The position numbers and the translations under genes were made by a program. From Octopus sinensis (taxonomy: Eukaryota), in assembly GCF_006345805.1 (NCBI RefSeq), contig NC_043005.1, positions 104,408,001 through 104,472,000 on the forward strand: 64,000 bases of DNA, written 5' to 3'. The notes under the pieces are model-generated. The model did not search any database and was not told where the DNA came from. It worked only from the letters and a program-made list of their open reading frames with translations. Shown here piece after piece: positions 36,831 to 50,900 of the stretch; the stretch's first letter is position 1, and each line of letters starts with the position of its first letter.

Positions 36831-38229
36831 ATTTTCCGCTCCTCTACTTACTCTAACGTTAGTAATCGTTATATAGTACAAATATGTCCGCGTGAGTGCA
36901 TCTGTAATTTATTTTAACTATGATAGATAAAGGACCAGTAGCTGAATGAATATATCGTCAATTTATGAGCAGAAATCTGAGTACACATTCGAAAAATTAA
37001 AACTGGTAATAATAATGGCATATAATTTGTACAAATTTATTTTTTATATATTTATATGTATTCATTTTACAGAATCTCCAAACTGGTTTACTTATTTATC
37101 AAGAAGAAAAGAAGTTGTATCTATATGCTTTCTCTTGTGTATTTGATGCACAAAAAAGATTAAAATTCGGATATACCTTGCAAAATTGACTACACAATAT
37201 AAGGTTTAGTATTGAATAAAAACAAATGTTAAGATCGCAAATCTATCTCTACATCATATTTGCAAAACCAAATATGAAGTAAATATAATGCAAATCATAG
37301 CTGCAAATGGGTGCTAACACTCATTTATATGCCATTGAAGTAAAAAAAACACAAGCAAAAGTAAATCACTTAGTTGCTATAAGAGAAAGGCATATCTGAC
37401 GTTCTTATGAACACCTTCATGGTGCCGTTTGGGGTTTATATTTTATTGACTTACCTTCACACCACCACTGGGTTATTTTGCTTACATGTTTATAATGCTG
37501 ACACTTTTCGAGACGGCGAAGAAAAAAATCATTACAGTATAGAATATTTCCAACTTAGAGCAACGTCAGAAGAATTTGCAATGATATATTTGAAAATGAT
37601 TTATCAGTAATTTCGCTTTAAGGTATAAACATTCTCTAAGCATTCGGATGTGTACTTAACAGTCAATCGTTATTTAAGTCAGGGATCAAAACTGAAGGAT
37701 TAAACATGATTAAGATGTGCTTTATCGAATACGGGTGGATGAAAGACAAATATTCCAGCTGAAATTGGAATTGAAAATAGAAGTAAAAAACGTTTTCATT
37801 TTATTCAAAGCAAGCGTTTCCTCTCTAGATTCTAACTAATCTATGAATAACATTGTCTATGGAACTTCCAGTATTTACTCCCTAAAAATAAAACATGGTG
37901 ATGAAAGTACGGAATGGGGTTTGATGTTTTTCATAATATAATAGAGAGACAACCTGTTTTCCATAATTTTAAAATTTGCAACAAGCTTCTTCTCTCTTTT
38001 TTGAACTGTACCTAAGCTCAGATTTAGGCATACAGAAATATGTTGTCATCGAAGGATGGTAGAGTAGAGTGGTTAGGATGCACTGTAACTTGCCCAGTGA
38101 AAGTCAAAAAGGCAGAAGTATTCTGTCACTTAGAAATAATGAGAAAGAAGTGGTGGTGTGGTGGTGGTGGTGGTGGTGGGGCGTCTACCTCCCCTCCACA
38201 AAAGGAAATGAAAATTTATCTCCATTATA

Positions 38230-38620
38230 AACAAAAGTTCAGAAGCTATGCTTGTGAAGCTATGAAAATCCGCTACTCTTGAACTCTCGACACCCAGAAA
38301 TTCTTCGCAACCCAACATTCATTACTTCCATAAAGCTTGACCAAGAAATCTCTCTTCCTTCAAAGAGCACACCATTTAATTTATCTTCACCAAACATAGC
38401 ATAAACCATGGGTTGTGAATTCAATTAGACTGGCAGACGAGTATGTCTTATGGGAAAAAATAATCAACTTCAAATTCAACGACTTTATTAACCCGCTGCT
38501 CAAGGGCACACAAATTTTCTCTTTAATCTTTACAGCACTTTTCCCATTCGAATCCTTCCCAAAAGACATAATTCAATCTTCAACTTCAGGTTGAAAATTC
38601 TTAAGGTATCCACTTCTTGA
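38230..38620 (-). mobile_element. Possible very old Tc1/mariner-superfamily transposase C-terminal remnant
   Basis: Only weak motifs: QPMVYAMFG (cf. NPMDYAVWG) and RISGCREFKS. Confidence 0.3.
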
Positions 38621-38953
38621 CGTGTACTTTTCTAGGTTCAGTTAATTAAGAATATTATCATTCTGCATTTTTCCTGTTTGTCCACTTTTATTTTATGGGT
38701 AAAGCTTTTTACAGAAAAACAAGCTATTTTTATTGCATCAAAACAAAAAAAAAACTATAAAAAATAAAAAGTTTTGTTCCAGATACTTTAAACTCTAGCC
38801 AAAAATTAAATTTTATAAATTGACACAAAGTATATTATATAAAAATGCCAAAGAGGAACCCGAAACGAAGGAGAAAATTGCGAATAAAGATTAACTGGGG
38901 CCAGCCAGAAAGCCTTACTTCAAGTCAACTAGATTCAAGCAATGCGGTCCGAT

Positions 38954-39240
38954 TCGGTTAACGTTCTGGGGAATCACTTTGAGTACAGCGCAAGTCTCTT
39001 CATAGATCACACCTCACGACAAACTAAACATCAGATGGCTAGCTTCAGTACATCCTGAGTCTTCTCAAGGATTAAGCCTGGGATGCGCTTCACGCTACCA
39101 TGCATGGTGATATCTTAGATGGGGTCATGCTTGGTGATGTTTTGGATGGTGTCATGCTAGGTGATGTCGTAGATGTTGTCCTGCCTTTTATTATCTCTTT
39201 TTCAGCCTGGATGTTGGGTGTTCTTGCTGCATCCAGACAT
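38954..39240 (-). pseudogene. H4: Rearranged histone H4 pseudogene
   Basis: From ATG at 39240: MSGCSK (H4 MSGRGK), three 27-bp copies of DNIQGITK-like sequence, GSVKRIPGLILEKTQDVLK (H4 [19 protein letters not shown], 13/19), LAI*CLVCR (H4 PAIRRLARR), then after a 1-nt shift GVIYEETCAVLKVIPQNVNR (H4 [20 protein letters not shown], 13/20). Confidence 0.9.
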
Positions 39241-40080
39241 AATGATCAGAAAAAGAATGAGAGGAAAACGAGCAGAAAAATAACGATAAACAGTTGTGTA
39301 AAAACATTTTAAAAACCAAAACAATTTTTTATAACATGTTCAATATTTTTAAAAGACTGAATTTTTTTTTTGTTCACTTGATAGGTAAATGCAAATAACC
39401 ATTTTCAAAATAATTTAAATATGAATGAGAAATACGTTTTTCAGTAATAGATTTGGCTATGATGAATTTTTAATGCCTAATTCCGCTAATTTGCTAAATT
39501 CTAATATATTTGATTAAATTTTTTTCCTAATATAATTCAGATTCCTAAATTTGGTGCTAAGCAGTCGTATTTATTATTTTAATTATAATTATTTGTATTG
39601 ATTAATTTTTATTATTTGTTACAAAAATAAGATTAAAAAATAATTCTTGACCCAACAATTAGCAAATAATCTTATTTCATGAGCTTAAATCGGTATATTT
39701 ATGTTTTAAATCTAAGAATAATTTTGTTCTCAAAGAATTTTGGTATTTTTATTATGTTTATTATTATTTTTATTATGTTTATTATTATTTTTATTATGTT
39801 AAAATTATTATGTTTATTATGTTAAAATGATAACAATCTTTTGTATCTAAACTTGTATTTTAACCCACTGTTTTTGCAAGCAAAACTTGTACATAAAAGC
39901 TTACCTCCCTTTTATCTCAGATCCATCCTCCACAGGTGATGTATGAAATATACCTAATTTCAAAATTTTGGAAATTCGTAAAATTTTTAACTACCCTGCG
40001 AAAATCCACACCGTACACAAATCTAAATACAAAGAAATCGTAGAGGGCAACTAGTCCCAAACCAGTCAAAATTGGAAACT

Positions 40081-40383
40081 GTTTTGTTCCTTCTCGAGCC
40101 ATGCCTAGCTCATAAGGGCCGCTTTCCCGGTTTCTTTGGCGTATAGGTTCCCCACCGGGACGGGACGCCGGTCCGTCGCAGGTGAGCTGCAAGATGCAGG
40201 AGGAAAGAGTGAGAGAAAGTTGTGGTGAAAGAGTCAGCAGAAGTTCGCCATTACCTTCTGCCGGAGCCGCGTGGAGCTTAGGTGTTTCGCTCATAAACAC
40301 ACACATTGCCCGGTCTGAGACTCGAACTTGCGATCCCTCGACCGCGAGTCCGCTGCTCTAACCACTAGCCCATGTGCCTCCAT
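40081..40383 (-). mobile_element. Full-length tRNA-derived SINE, head A variant + tail Z
   Basis: Head ggaggcacatgggctagtggttagagcagcggactcgcggtcg matches head A, followed by a third tail type. TSD aaaattggaaact / aaaattgggaact at 40068-40080 and 40384-40396. Confidence 0.93.
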
Positions 40384-41083
40384 AAAATTGGGAACTATAG
40401 CAACGCTACTCCTATCCTCTGCACATTTTACTCAAGTTTATTTATAAACCTATCAATGTCAAAAAGATTTACTGACGATCACTCTCACATTTGAGCACCT
40501 TTTGCTTCATAAGAATTTTCCTTCTGTACCAATTCTGACGGAATTTTCTTAATAGATTTGCATACTTTATATCTTTAAAGAAAGTTTTAAGTAATCGTTT
40601 TCTTAAATAACAGAGATGCTACAATTTAAAGGCATTTAAAGGCGTTTCTCTGTTTCCGATTTGGCCACTTTTTGTCTCACAAGTCTTTTGTTTACTGCCA
40701 CCATTTTAACTTGGTTTACAGAAATAAATTCCACTCATTAAGACTGAGATCTTTAATCTAAATGTAATTAAAGCAAAAATAAGAAATAAATAAAGAAACT
40801 ATTCTGTTTAGAAATTGCATCTATGTGTTCCCCGTTTATAACGCTGTGTATTGATGTTTATATTTGTTATAATGTCTCAAATGCAGCAATGTACTGGTTC
40901 CTTTTAGTTGACTAAATTTAGTCGTGCACTGAACTGAATTAGCTGGAGAGCGCAGAAGAGCTCACGAAAAACTAAACTGCTAAGTTTAAAAATATTATTT
41001 ACTTCCTGATATGGGTGAATAATAATGCATTAGAATAAAACAATTCAAATCCCATTTGCTTCTGCAATGTGTGTAAGTGAGTA

Positions 41084-41192
<109 letters not shown>

Positions 41193-42239
41193 AGCTAGCT
41201 ATTTTGCTATCTATGTCTGTCTGCCTGCCTGCCAAAAACATTAAGAATAAACCTGGACCTATGAGACACATTCTACCGAAGTATCCGAAGTTTCAAAGTG
41301 TTTAGTTAAAAGGAATTAATTAAAAAATCCAGCCGTCAAATTGAATAGATCCCAATTACGTACGAGTGTATGTGTATGTGTGTGTGTGAGTGTGCGTGTG
41401 GGAGAACCAGAACATGCGTTCCTGCGCGTGTATGTCAGCGTATATATTATGGATTAGTGTTTTTGACTGCACCGTGTGTTCGGGCATCTGTGCATTTTCA
41501 TTTCGTGTGTGACTATTTGTTAAGAACTTCTGTTTTTTTCTTCTGTATTCTAATTACGTGTTCATCCCATCTCAATACTCAGCAAAACATGCCATCGTTA
41601 GATTTTGGTCGCCATGTTTCTTGTTTACCCAGTAGGAACCAAACGAGCAAGGTAAAAGGAATGAAAAACAGCGAGTATGAACTTTGTCCTTCTCCTCCTC
41701 CCTTCCTCCCCACTCCGCCTCCTCCTCCTCCTCCTCCTCCTCATCATCATCATCATCATCACGCTGCTGCCGCCGTCGTCCTCACTTGTGATCTTGGTAG
41801 CGGTTGTCTAGTAGTTACGCATATATTTAAGGTTCACTTTCTTTGTCTAGTTATAAATTAACTTGAACATGTTTACAATGATTTATGTAGGAATTCACGC
41901 AGAGTTCAACGCAAAAACAAAAAGGCGAAAGGAAAAGAAAAGAGCAAGTTACATATTCAGAACCACCAGCATCATAAGAACTACTCTAGACATCAGCAGA
42001 AAACTGAAACGATAGAAAAACTGAAGATATAGAAAAGATGGTGGTGGAGACGATGTGTGCAATAATGCACTTGTCAATTCAGTAATAATCCGTATTTGCA
42101 TTCATGTGTGTTCCGGCATGTGCATGTGTATGTATGTGAGTAAGTGCGTATGTATGTGAGTATGTATGTATGTGAGTAAGTGCGTATGTATGTGAGTAAG
42201 TTATTTTCGTATGACACCTGAAGAGAGACATATTGCATC

Positions 42240-43110
42240 TTTAGCATATCGTTATCGCAAGATCCTTCCAATGCGATTATGACACATCTTCATTTGAGGA
42301 TATTTTGAAAGCTATACAGGTGAATCTTTGAAGTACCACTTTTGTCGCAGATGTCATAATATAAATCTTTGCTTGGAGAAGTCAGGTATAACTGCGTGAA
42401 TGCCTTCCTTTCTGCTTAACTTGGATAAGTCAGTCCGTTTCTCTTCCATATCTGCAAACTTTGCGCCAAATAAACGATGAGTATCAATTCTTTCCACTCT
42501 TGAGTTGACTGGAGCTATGGATCAAATCCTAGAGACCATAAGATGTCCTCATTGCATTATAAATATTATGCATGCTAAACCTATTTGCATACATCTGAAC
42601 TCCTAGAGCTTGCGCCATTCACTCCGAAGAATTTCCATCAGTGTTTTTAGTGTGTGCGATAAGAAAATTTCCAGAGATGCATTGCAGTCCTTGGGCGAAT
42701 CATTCAAGAACCAGCTGACTGGAGGCTGATTGAACTAGTCATGATGTTTCTGTAGAACATCGATACACTTGAATTTGCAGTAACTGTGCTTCTTTATATT
42801 TGGTGCTGTTGAGCGTTTCAAGCTCGGCATTAGCAACTTGATGATTGCTAATTATCATACGATGGTCAGTCAAAAATTCAGTTCCTCTCATTGCACGGTT
42901 GAATAGAACATCATTGGGGTCTAAACACCTGATCGGGATGTGGTGAATAAGATGCCAGTATTTGGCTCTAGGATGCATCCACGCAGCCTTGCGTTGGTTC
43001 TTTTGCTGGAAGATAGTTTTGGTAAACTTGAAGTTTTGTTCTACGTATTCAGAGAGAAGTATTATGTCTGTCATTACAGCTAGTTTTCGCAACATCAAGT
43101 TCCCGAATCA
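42240..43110 (-). mobile_element. Decayed RTE-clade LINE fragment (AP-endonuclease C-terminus toward RT start)
   Basis: TKTIFQQKNQRKAAWMHPRAKYWHLIHHI...DVLFNRAMRGTEFLTDHRMI is characteristic of RTE/BovB-type endonuclease. Weaker downstream matches (NAMRTSYG, GRILR). Confidence 0.85.
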
Positions 43111-43910
43111 CTAGAACTTTTGGATTTGTTTTTATCCTTTATTATTTTTGTATTAGCGTCATCCATCTTATCTTATTGTGTATTCCAATCAATGTTTGAT
43201 CTAATGTGAGATATAACAGTTCTACACAAGGGAAATACGAAGTGATATTAGCTATGTGCTAATGCCAATCATGGCAGTAGACTTGTTACTCTCACTCATG
43301 AATTAGCCCTTCCAGAGGGGATAGCTCTCAGCTCGCTAAGTTTAGTGATATGTACACTGATCTAAGGATAACGAGTATGTATTTGGAAATAATAAAAAAA
43401 ATTCATATATATTTTTTATATTCAAATACAGGAGACATATATGACTTATAAATAAATAGAATACAGTGGGGCGCCAACTGGCTAATAACGGAATCGATGA
43501 ATTCCAGGGAAGCAAATGGTAATGATTTAAATATCTATTTCCTCACGTTATATGAAATCAGGTAATGCAAATTATATTGTTCTTGCCTGAAACATGCTGA
43601 AACGACAGGTAGCAAATTTGAACGTATAAACTTACTGACTTGGCCATAATAACTACGAGAGAGAACATCTTGGGTTAGCAAAGAAAATCTGGTAACGATG
43701 ATGTGTTACATTTACACTTTCTCTTTATTGACAATGGAAATAAAATGAAATCGATCTAACCGAGAATCAAGAATCAAAACTTAATCGAGAACAAATTTTA
43801 TTCAAAATACTTTACCGTTACTCCTCAACACTGAATCCAGAGCTTAATTAATTTCTGCAAGAAATGTTTCTTCAAATCGATCATAACAGAACGGTTAATA
43901 TCATTTCCTT

Positions 43911-44029
43911 AAACAAAGCTTCCAATACAACATATCTTTTATATGACCTTTCATGCCACTCGACCAAAACAAAGCTTTCAATACAACATATCTTTTATAT
44001 GACCTTTCATGCCACTCGACCAAAACAAA
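43911..44029. repeat. 56-bp tandem duplication (55/56 identical)
   Basis: Units 43911-43966 and 43967-44022, with aaacaaa microhomology at the junctions. Confidence 0.95.
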
Positions 44030-47000
44030 AGTATTTGTAAATCCATTGGGGCAAAAAGAGCAACAAAAAAAAAAGCAAAAAAAAAAAAAAAAAAAAAACC
44101 CAAATCAGTTGAGAGATAGCTTGCCACCCAAACATTTACAAAAACTTACGAGTAAATAAATGTTCAGTAAAATAAAGAATGCCTTGTGTTCTATATTTTT
44201 CATTTCCTTTTTCAACTCCAGCTCTCTCCAGTTTATCACTGTTTGACCTCTCACATTCAGGTCAAATATATCTTAACTTTTGCTAAACATTTCTCCCGAC
44301 ATCTTGTAATCAAGATATCACAGCTCCAGTCACTTACTGACAAAGATTTGCCAACCTCCCTTTATATATTAGAACTCTCGAGAATGGAGGGAGAAAACGT
44401 ATGAAATAAAAAAGAGAGAAAGAAATGAAAGAGAAGAAAAAAAGAACTTAGCAACGACATATGGTTAAACTAAACAACTTTTAAATTTTGAATTGACAGC
44501 TTATCTTTTGCTTGTCTCGCTTCCAATTAAAAAAACTCTTCTCGTGACAGTCCATTTGTCTTCCGATTGTATATTATTTACCAGCGAAAGCATTCATGTC
44601 TGGATTTGTCATTGTTAACTTAGAATATATCGTTCATTCTTATTCAGAGGAAATTAATCTTTATTTTATTTATGGCTTATTGCTTTTGTTTAGATGTTAG
44701 TTATTTTACTTTATTTATATTTTCCTTTCACTTTGTTGCGATGAAGTCGACGTGTCCGCTTGTTAGTGTTTTTTGTCAAATCTTCAGTTTCATTCCCTGT
44801 CAAAATTATTCGATCTGGAAAACATCTCTTTGAGTAGCAATAAATTTCTGGATTTCACTTTATTCATTTACACATTATTTTTTACCCTATTTAACGATCT
44901 ATGTATTCCGAAAAGAATTCTCCGAACTCCTGGATCATTCACTCCTATTAATATGAGGCCTCATATTTATTGAGGGGAATAGTCGATACCATCTATTACT
45001 AGAGCAATATATGCGTGGGTAAATTTTTTCAGTCCTTCAGAGAAGAAAGGTAAATGTCCACTTCATCAGGATTTGAGAATGTAATGGGACGACGACATTT
45101 AGTATGATTCTATCGTCTCAAATCTCAAATATTATCTATATACTCTTTAATTTTATTATTGAATTAGAGGTAAATTTCGATACAAGTTAGAGTCTTGTTT
45201 GAAGTTAGTTATGTACCTGAAAAATCATTAACAATGCTACATGCTATGTCTCCATTTCGAGAATGTTTCTGAATGCAAATTTTGCTAAAGAGAATTTTGC
45301 ATTTCATTCTTCCTGAAAAAGTTATATGCCAGTAATATACTAATTCAGATTCAATCGCCTATACAGCACCTTCAAAATCATTGCTGTTTGGTTGAGTCAA
45401 AATATTATTTATTTCTCTTATTAGTGTACATCATAAAATTACAGGCAAGAAAAGCCGCAGCATTTATGCTCTTCTTGAAGTCTATAACGACTAATATTCG
45501 CAAATTACTGAGTCGCTTACGACTTTAGGTGTTCACCAAGAACAGGCTTTACTTGCTTTGACGTAAGTTGTAAGTTATTTGATATCACTTTTACTCTGAT
45601 AATTTACCACCTGTTACTTATTGTTAAGCGAAATGTAGCAAGTAAAATGTATGATTCTATTACAGAAACACAAACCGAAACAAAAATAACAGATTTTTAA
45701 CAAACCAAACAACCTTCGAATGGGTTTTTCAATGCATTATCTACTTGGTCATCTTGACCTTAACTCTTTAAATGTGAAATTAAATTTCGTGGTCATTCGA
45801 GTAAAGATATTAAATATCTGGCAAAAAATAGAATTAGTATTTTCTGCAAGTCACATTGCCTCAATAAACTTAACATAAATCAACGGAAAATAGTTTGAAA
45901 CATGACAGTTCTCAATAAAAGATTGACTGATATGTAAAAAATGTTTTCCGCAGTTAAAGGATGATAAAATTTTGAGTGAATATGTCTGATTTCCGTCATA
46001 AAAGGGTTAAAATTTAAAGTAGAACTTTTAAAATATATATAAGGGCAATTGTACATTAGCATAATAAAACTGATTTTTTAAAAAAACATATTTAAGTCAG
46101 CTTTTTGAAAAGGAATACTTGTAAGTTTTTGTGAGAAGTATTTTAAAGCAAGAAGTTAATTCGATTGATGAAAAAGTTTTGTTTGGAAGAAAGATAATGT
46201 CCATAACCTTTTGCAGGTATTCTTAGGTTTAATAAAATTGCTACGGTTGATATTAGCTTAAATGCTTCCAATTGGCAGATGAATTAAAGAATGGTTGAGA
46301 AGAGGAGAGGGAGGTAAATCGGGAGTTCTTAGGTGGTGTGTTGCCCAAATTGTTATTTCAGACGAGTCGAAACATTCCGTGAGGTGATACAACATGTGGG
46401 TATGCTTTTATATATATATATTACGATATGGTGCACGCATTTACAAATCAGTCTAATGGTTTTTCTAGAGGTGCATCAGAATAGTTGAATACGAAGTATT
46501 TGCATTATCCTTGACACAGGAGCAGTATTCAATGGTAAAGGTCAGTTGTGAAGTACTTCAGAGGGGAAATAGGTTGTGCCTATGAAGAGAATTCTACATT
46601 TTGAGATCTAGTTTTGGCAAAAGTATAAGATGTATGAGGTGAAATTCACGAAATCTAATTTCTATCTTACCCTAAATATATATGTGTTAACGTTGAACAA
46701 AACAACTATGTTGTGTGAAGATCAACAAGCCGCAAGTGGTTAGCTGAGCCAAGACTACCAGTTGGTTCTGATTCCCAGTTACAATCCGTTCTCAGTTACC
46801 AGTGATCTTAGGAAAATTATACCATGGCATGATTAACCAATGTGTGTATTTGTTGTCACAGTAACATACCACGATTCTCTGAAATTCCCCCCTGCCTATG
46901 CTTTTCCAAGAGCGTTAAATTCCTACAGAAGATTAAGTTGAACCTCAACCATATCGATCCTACCTGTCTAATAGAACATGAAAAGGTGATAGATGCTTCT

Positions 47001-47520
47001 CTTTCTTTTTTTCCCTTATAATACTTGTATTTTGTTTTACTACTAATCCGATAAATGATTAAATTTTATGATTTTTGTGAATATATCAATAGGATGGTGG
47101 GTGGTTATGTATCTAAAAATATAACGATAAGAAAGACAATATTGGTGATAATAACGAAGATAATGATGAAGATTAAGGTGATGATAATGATGGTTGTGAC
47201 GGTGATTGTGCTGATTGCAAAAGTGATGGCGTCTATGATTAATGATAATAGCAATGTTTTAACAATATTCGTGTAGTGCTTACTCATGGCAGAAGTACTA
47301 GTGTTGATGTCAGGTTAATTTGCGATTGTGAAGATGTTGGTTATTGATAAAAGAGGCAGTGGTGCTGTTTATACTTTATTCAATGGTGGTGGAGGTGGTC
47401 GTAAAGCTGGTGACGGAGATGCAAACAAAAGCAGTAGCTCACACAATAATACAGCAAGTTGAAGATGGATACTTAAAGAGAGAGATAGAGATAGATAGAT
47501 AGTGAGAGAAGGAGAGAGAA

Positions 47521-47579
<59 letters not shown>

Positions 47580-48599
47580 AATTAGGAATTTAAGTAGTAA
47601 AACAGTGCTATAAAATGGCGGAGACATTTTCACGCTATTTGATAAGTTCATTTTAAAATAATACGTGAGGACAAAGATAACGACGATGACAAACTACTAA
47701 AACAAAAAAAACACTAACACCAGTGACAAAACAACAACGATGACGATGACTGCAGCAGCAGCAGTAGCAGTAGCAGCAGCAGGGACACGAACAAAGGAAT
47801 AATTAAATGAAATAAAATGTGTATGAACCTGACCAACACTTGAATCTCGGTCACAAATGAAACTAAACTAAGCTAGAAATAAATATACAAAATGGTTTTT
47901 GAATTTCAAAAAAAAAAAAAGAAGGCAAATAAAAGAAATGAATAAAAATTGAATAAAAAGCCACAGAATTGTTGGTTTTAAGAAAGAAACAAACGAATTA
48001 TAACAAATACCAAACAAAAGGACACACTACTTGTGATGTTTGTGGTGATGTTGAAACATTAGTATTTCACGGTAGGGATGGAGCTTTGGGGTTGGAGCCA
48101 TCATTAAATTTCATTGCCAAATAAATGAGCGCTTCGCGACACTCATTCGAATGACGTCGGTTTTTAAGCCCCAAAGGGTGGTAAAGACAGAATGTTAAAT
48201 AGCCGAAGTCAAGGGGGCGTAAGCTAATGACTTAAAACTCAATTTAGAAGGTTGAAAATCATGATGTAGTAATAGTAGTGGAAGCTGGTGGGGTATAATG
48301 GTTGGTGTGGATGGGTGGGAGCTTCACGAAGCAATAGCCTGGCTGGTATTGATGGATGAGTCTCTAGCTTGCTGGCAGTCTGGGTTGGGACAGATAATTT
48401 AAATGGGATGGTGATGGCGGTATCACTCTTGATATTATACCATAGTTATCAGTATTCACCTATCATACTTGCCAACGTTGTAGTAGCTACGGTGGTAGTA
48501 GTGATGGTTATGGTGGTGATAGGGATAAAATTGTTCGGGGTCGGGGGTGGGTGGATTGTCTCATGTTGTTGAATGGTAATTGAATAGTTTATGCAGCAG

Positions 48600-48900
48600 T
48601 GGCGAAGGACTATGATAGCGACATCTGTGGTAGTAAAATAACATTAGATGTTGGTTGGACTGTGACAGTGATTTTAAAAAATTTTTAGTGACAGGATGCG
48701 TAAAGCTTTGCTGACGAATGAAGATGTAGTTGATAGGCTGGCGGTAGGGTAGAGAAACTGTTGAGCGGGTAGATATGTGGAAGACGAAATATCGATACCG
48801 TGGTACATAGCGACATATGAGAAAACTATTAACCCTCTTCGTGCGAAGAAGACTTTTAAAAACGAAATTTGATTTGCCGTCAACATGGAATTTTCTTACA
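48600..48900 (-). mobile_element. Possible decayed Penelope-like RT thumb remnant
   Basis: STYLPAQQFLYPTASLSTTSSFVSKALRILSL resembles PLE YRKPT..QQYLHPTS.HP....SI.YSQALRI; by-eye match only. Confidence 0.35.
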
Positions 48901-49503
48901 GTCAGGAGAGTGGAGATGTGTGGAGTAATATGCAGAGTGGAAAAGGCGTGAAGCGGTGTGTCAGGGAATGGAGCAGAATAGAAAAATGTGATGTGGTGTA
49001 AAGGAAACAAGGAGTTGTAGTTTTATTGAAATATCCTTAGAAATCTACTTCATTCGGCTTTGGCGAAATTTGTCAACGACCAGTTAGGAACGTCAAAGAC
49101 AAGCAACAATACAAAAGAAATGACTGCAATATATCGTGCAAGTTGTAACGACTTTTAATCAACTGGATATTCGTTCGAATCCAGCACCATCATCCTCAAC
49201 TAATACCAGATACTCTCATCATCTTATTTTTCTTCCGGCTATTTACTCTTTTATCGGTCAACTGCTTAAACTTCTGCTCATGTCTAATTTACTCGTATGT
49301 ATTTCTTCCCTTGCAGTTACACAGTTTGTTACATTAACAGCGAATTAATACAGTAGTAATCACTAGTAACAACAAATTATGATTTGTACACGTATGTACA
49401 TGCTTCAATTGTTAAATATAAAACATACACCTAAACAGCAACGTAAAGAACGCATATTCTTCTTCTTCTTCTTCTTCTTCTTCTTATTATTATTATTATT
49501 GTT

Positions 49504-49905
<402 letters not shown>

Positions 49906-50269
49906 CAAACATTTCAAATACATCCATGGACACGGTTCTCCCTCCTCACTCCCAAGACACATACATACTCACGCATGTGTATATAAAGACTAATAAATGA
50001 CCATCATGAACGTCATATATTGAAATATATCTCGGAATAATTGCACTCTATTTAATATATACACTGACAAATTAATAGAGTTAAAGTTATTATCGATGTT
50101 TCCCGAGAGAATTAACCAGACTTTCCGGTCCAAACGAATGTTACTGTCATTGTTGCTGTTCCTCTTCATCAACATCATATATTCCGTCAAAGATGTCGTG
50201 GGTAGTTAGGTTAATATACACGTCATCACTCCGATACCGCGGTCTCTCGAGAAAATACACTGGAGTTGC

Positions 50270-50560
50270 TTATCTGTGCCTACCCCCTACCTATACTTGA
50301 GGATGAACTTGGTACTATATGTTCATGAATTTCTCATTGATTTAAAGATCTCATTCTACTTTATGAGTCGCAAGCATTTTAAGTTAGCCATTTATAGATA
50401 AGTTGATGGATCGCTCTATCCATAGTTCAACGATTTGCCATGAATAAAGGGCAGCAATGGGAGAGAGATATAAATCATAGACTCATCACCAGCTCTTAAT
50501 CCAGCATACCGTATACTCGGCGAAACATAGTATTTACAAACATTGTATATCGATTCATTT
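50270..50560 (+). mobile_element. Possible decayed PLE-type RT remnant
   Basis: YPLPILEDELGTICS, FLIDLKI, FKLAIYR and PAYRI are colinear with the C-terminal RT region of a second PLE type; heavily frameshifted. Confidence 0.3.
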
Positions 50561-50682
50561 TAAGATAACCATTGTTATTTGCACGGTCACTAAAGTGATG
50601 CTGAGTTGTAATGCAAATCATCCTCTAGCATGAGTATCATAATATCCTGGCTCAAAAGAAGTAGTCTAGTATATATATATTG

Positions 50683-50895
50683 GGGGGAGTTTTTACGAAA
50701 AAAAAAAGACGAAGACAGGTGGTGTACAAAACAAACAGATATATTAGTATAACGCTCAGGAATAGAAAAAGTCCTTTACGTTTCGAGCCTACGCCCTTCT
50801 ACAGAAAGGAACACAGAAAAAAACAAGGAGAGAAACAAGGAGAGAAAAAAGGAGAGAAAAAAAGGAGAGAAAAAAGAGAGAAACAAGGAGAGAAT
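50683..50895 (-). mobile_element. Inverted PLE terminal segment (pseudo-LTR-like) with hammerhead motif and 12-bp repeats
   Basis: On -: about six ctctccttgttt-like units, a hammerhead-like motif, then an 80-nt tail shared with 29210-29291, ending in (TA)n. Confidence 0.7.
50771..50810 (-). ncRNA. Minimal type I hammerhead ribozyme-like motif with a core substitution
   Basis: uccuuu-CUGUAGA-a-gggc-guag-gcuc-GAAA-CGU-A-aaggac: helix II hairpin, GAAA core, palindromic ACGU in place of helix III, partial helix I. CUGANGA reads CUGUAGA. Confidence 0.6.
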
Positions 50896-50900
50896 ATATA

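Noticed and set aside
38840-38950. H4 C-terminus or histone 3' stem-loop downstream of the H4 pseudogene
   Set aside because: No convincing KRKTVTAMDVV/LYGFGG or GGCCCTTTTCAGGGCC-like sequence seen.
41370-41861. 163-aa ORF and possible 69-bp exon (41583-41651, cag|...aag|gtaaaa)
   Set aside because: The ORF is stitched from (TG)n, (CCT)n and (CAT)n. Splice-like signals alone are too weak and the peptide is unrecognised.
46330-46400. VISDESK resembling the Tc1 FSDESKF motif
   Set aside because: No other transposase motifs in register.
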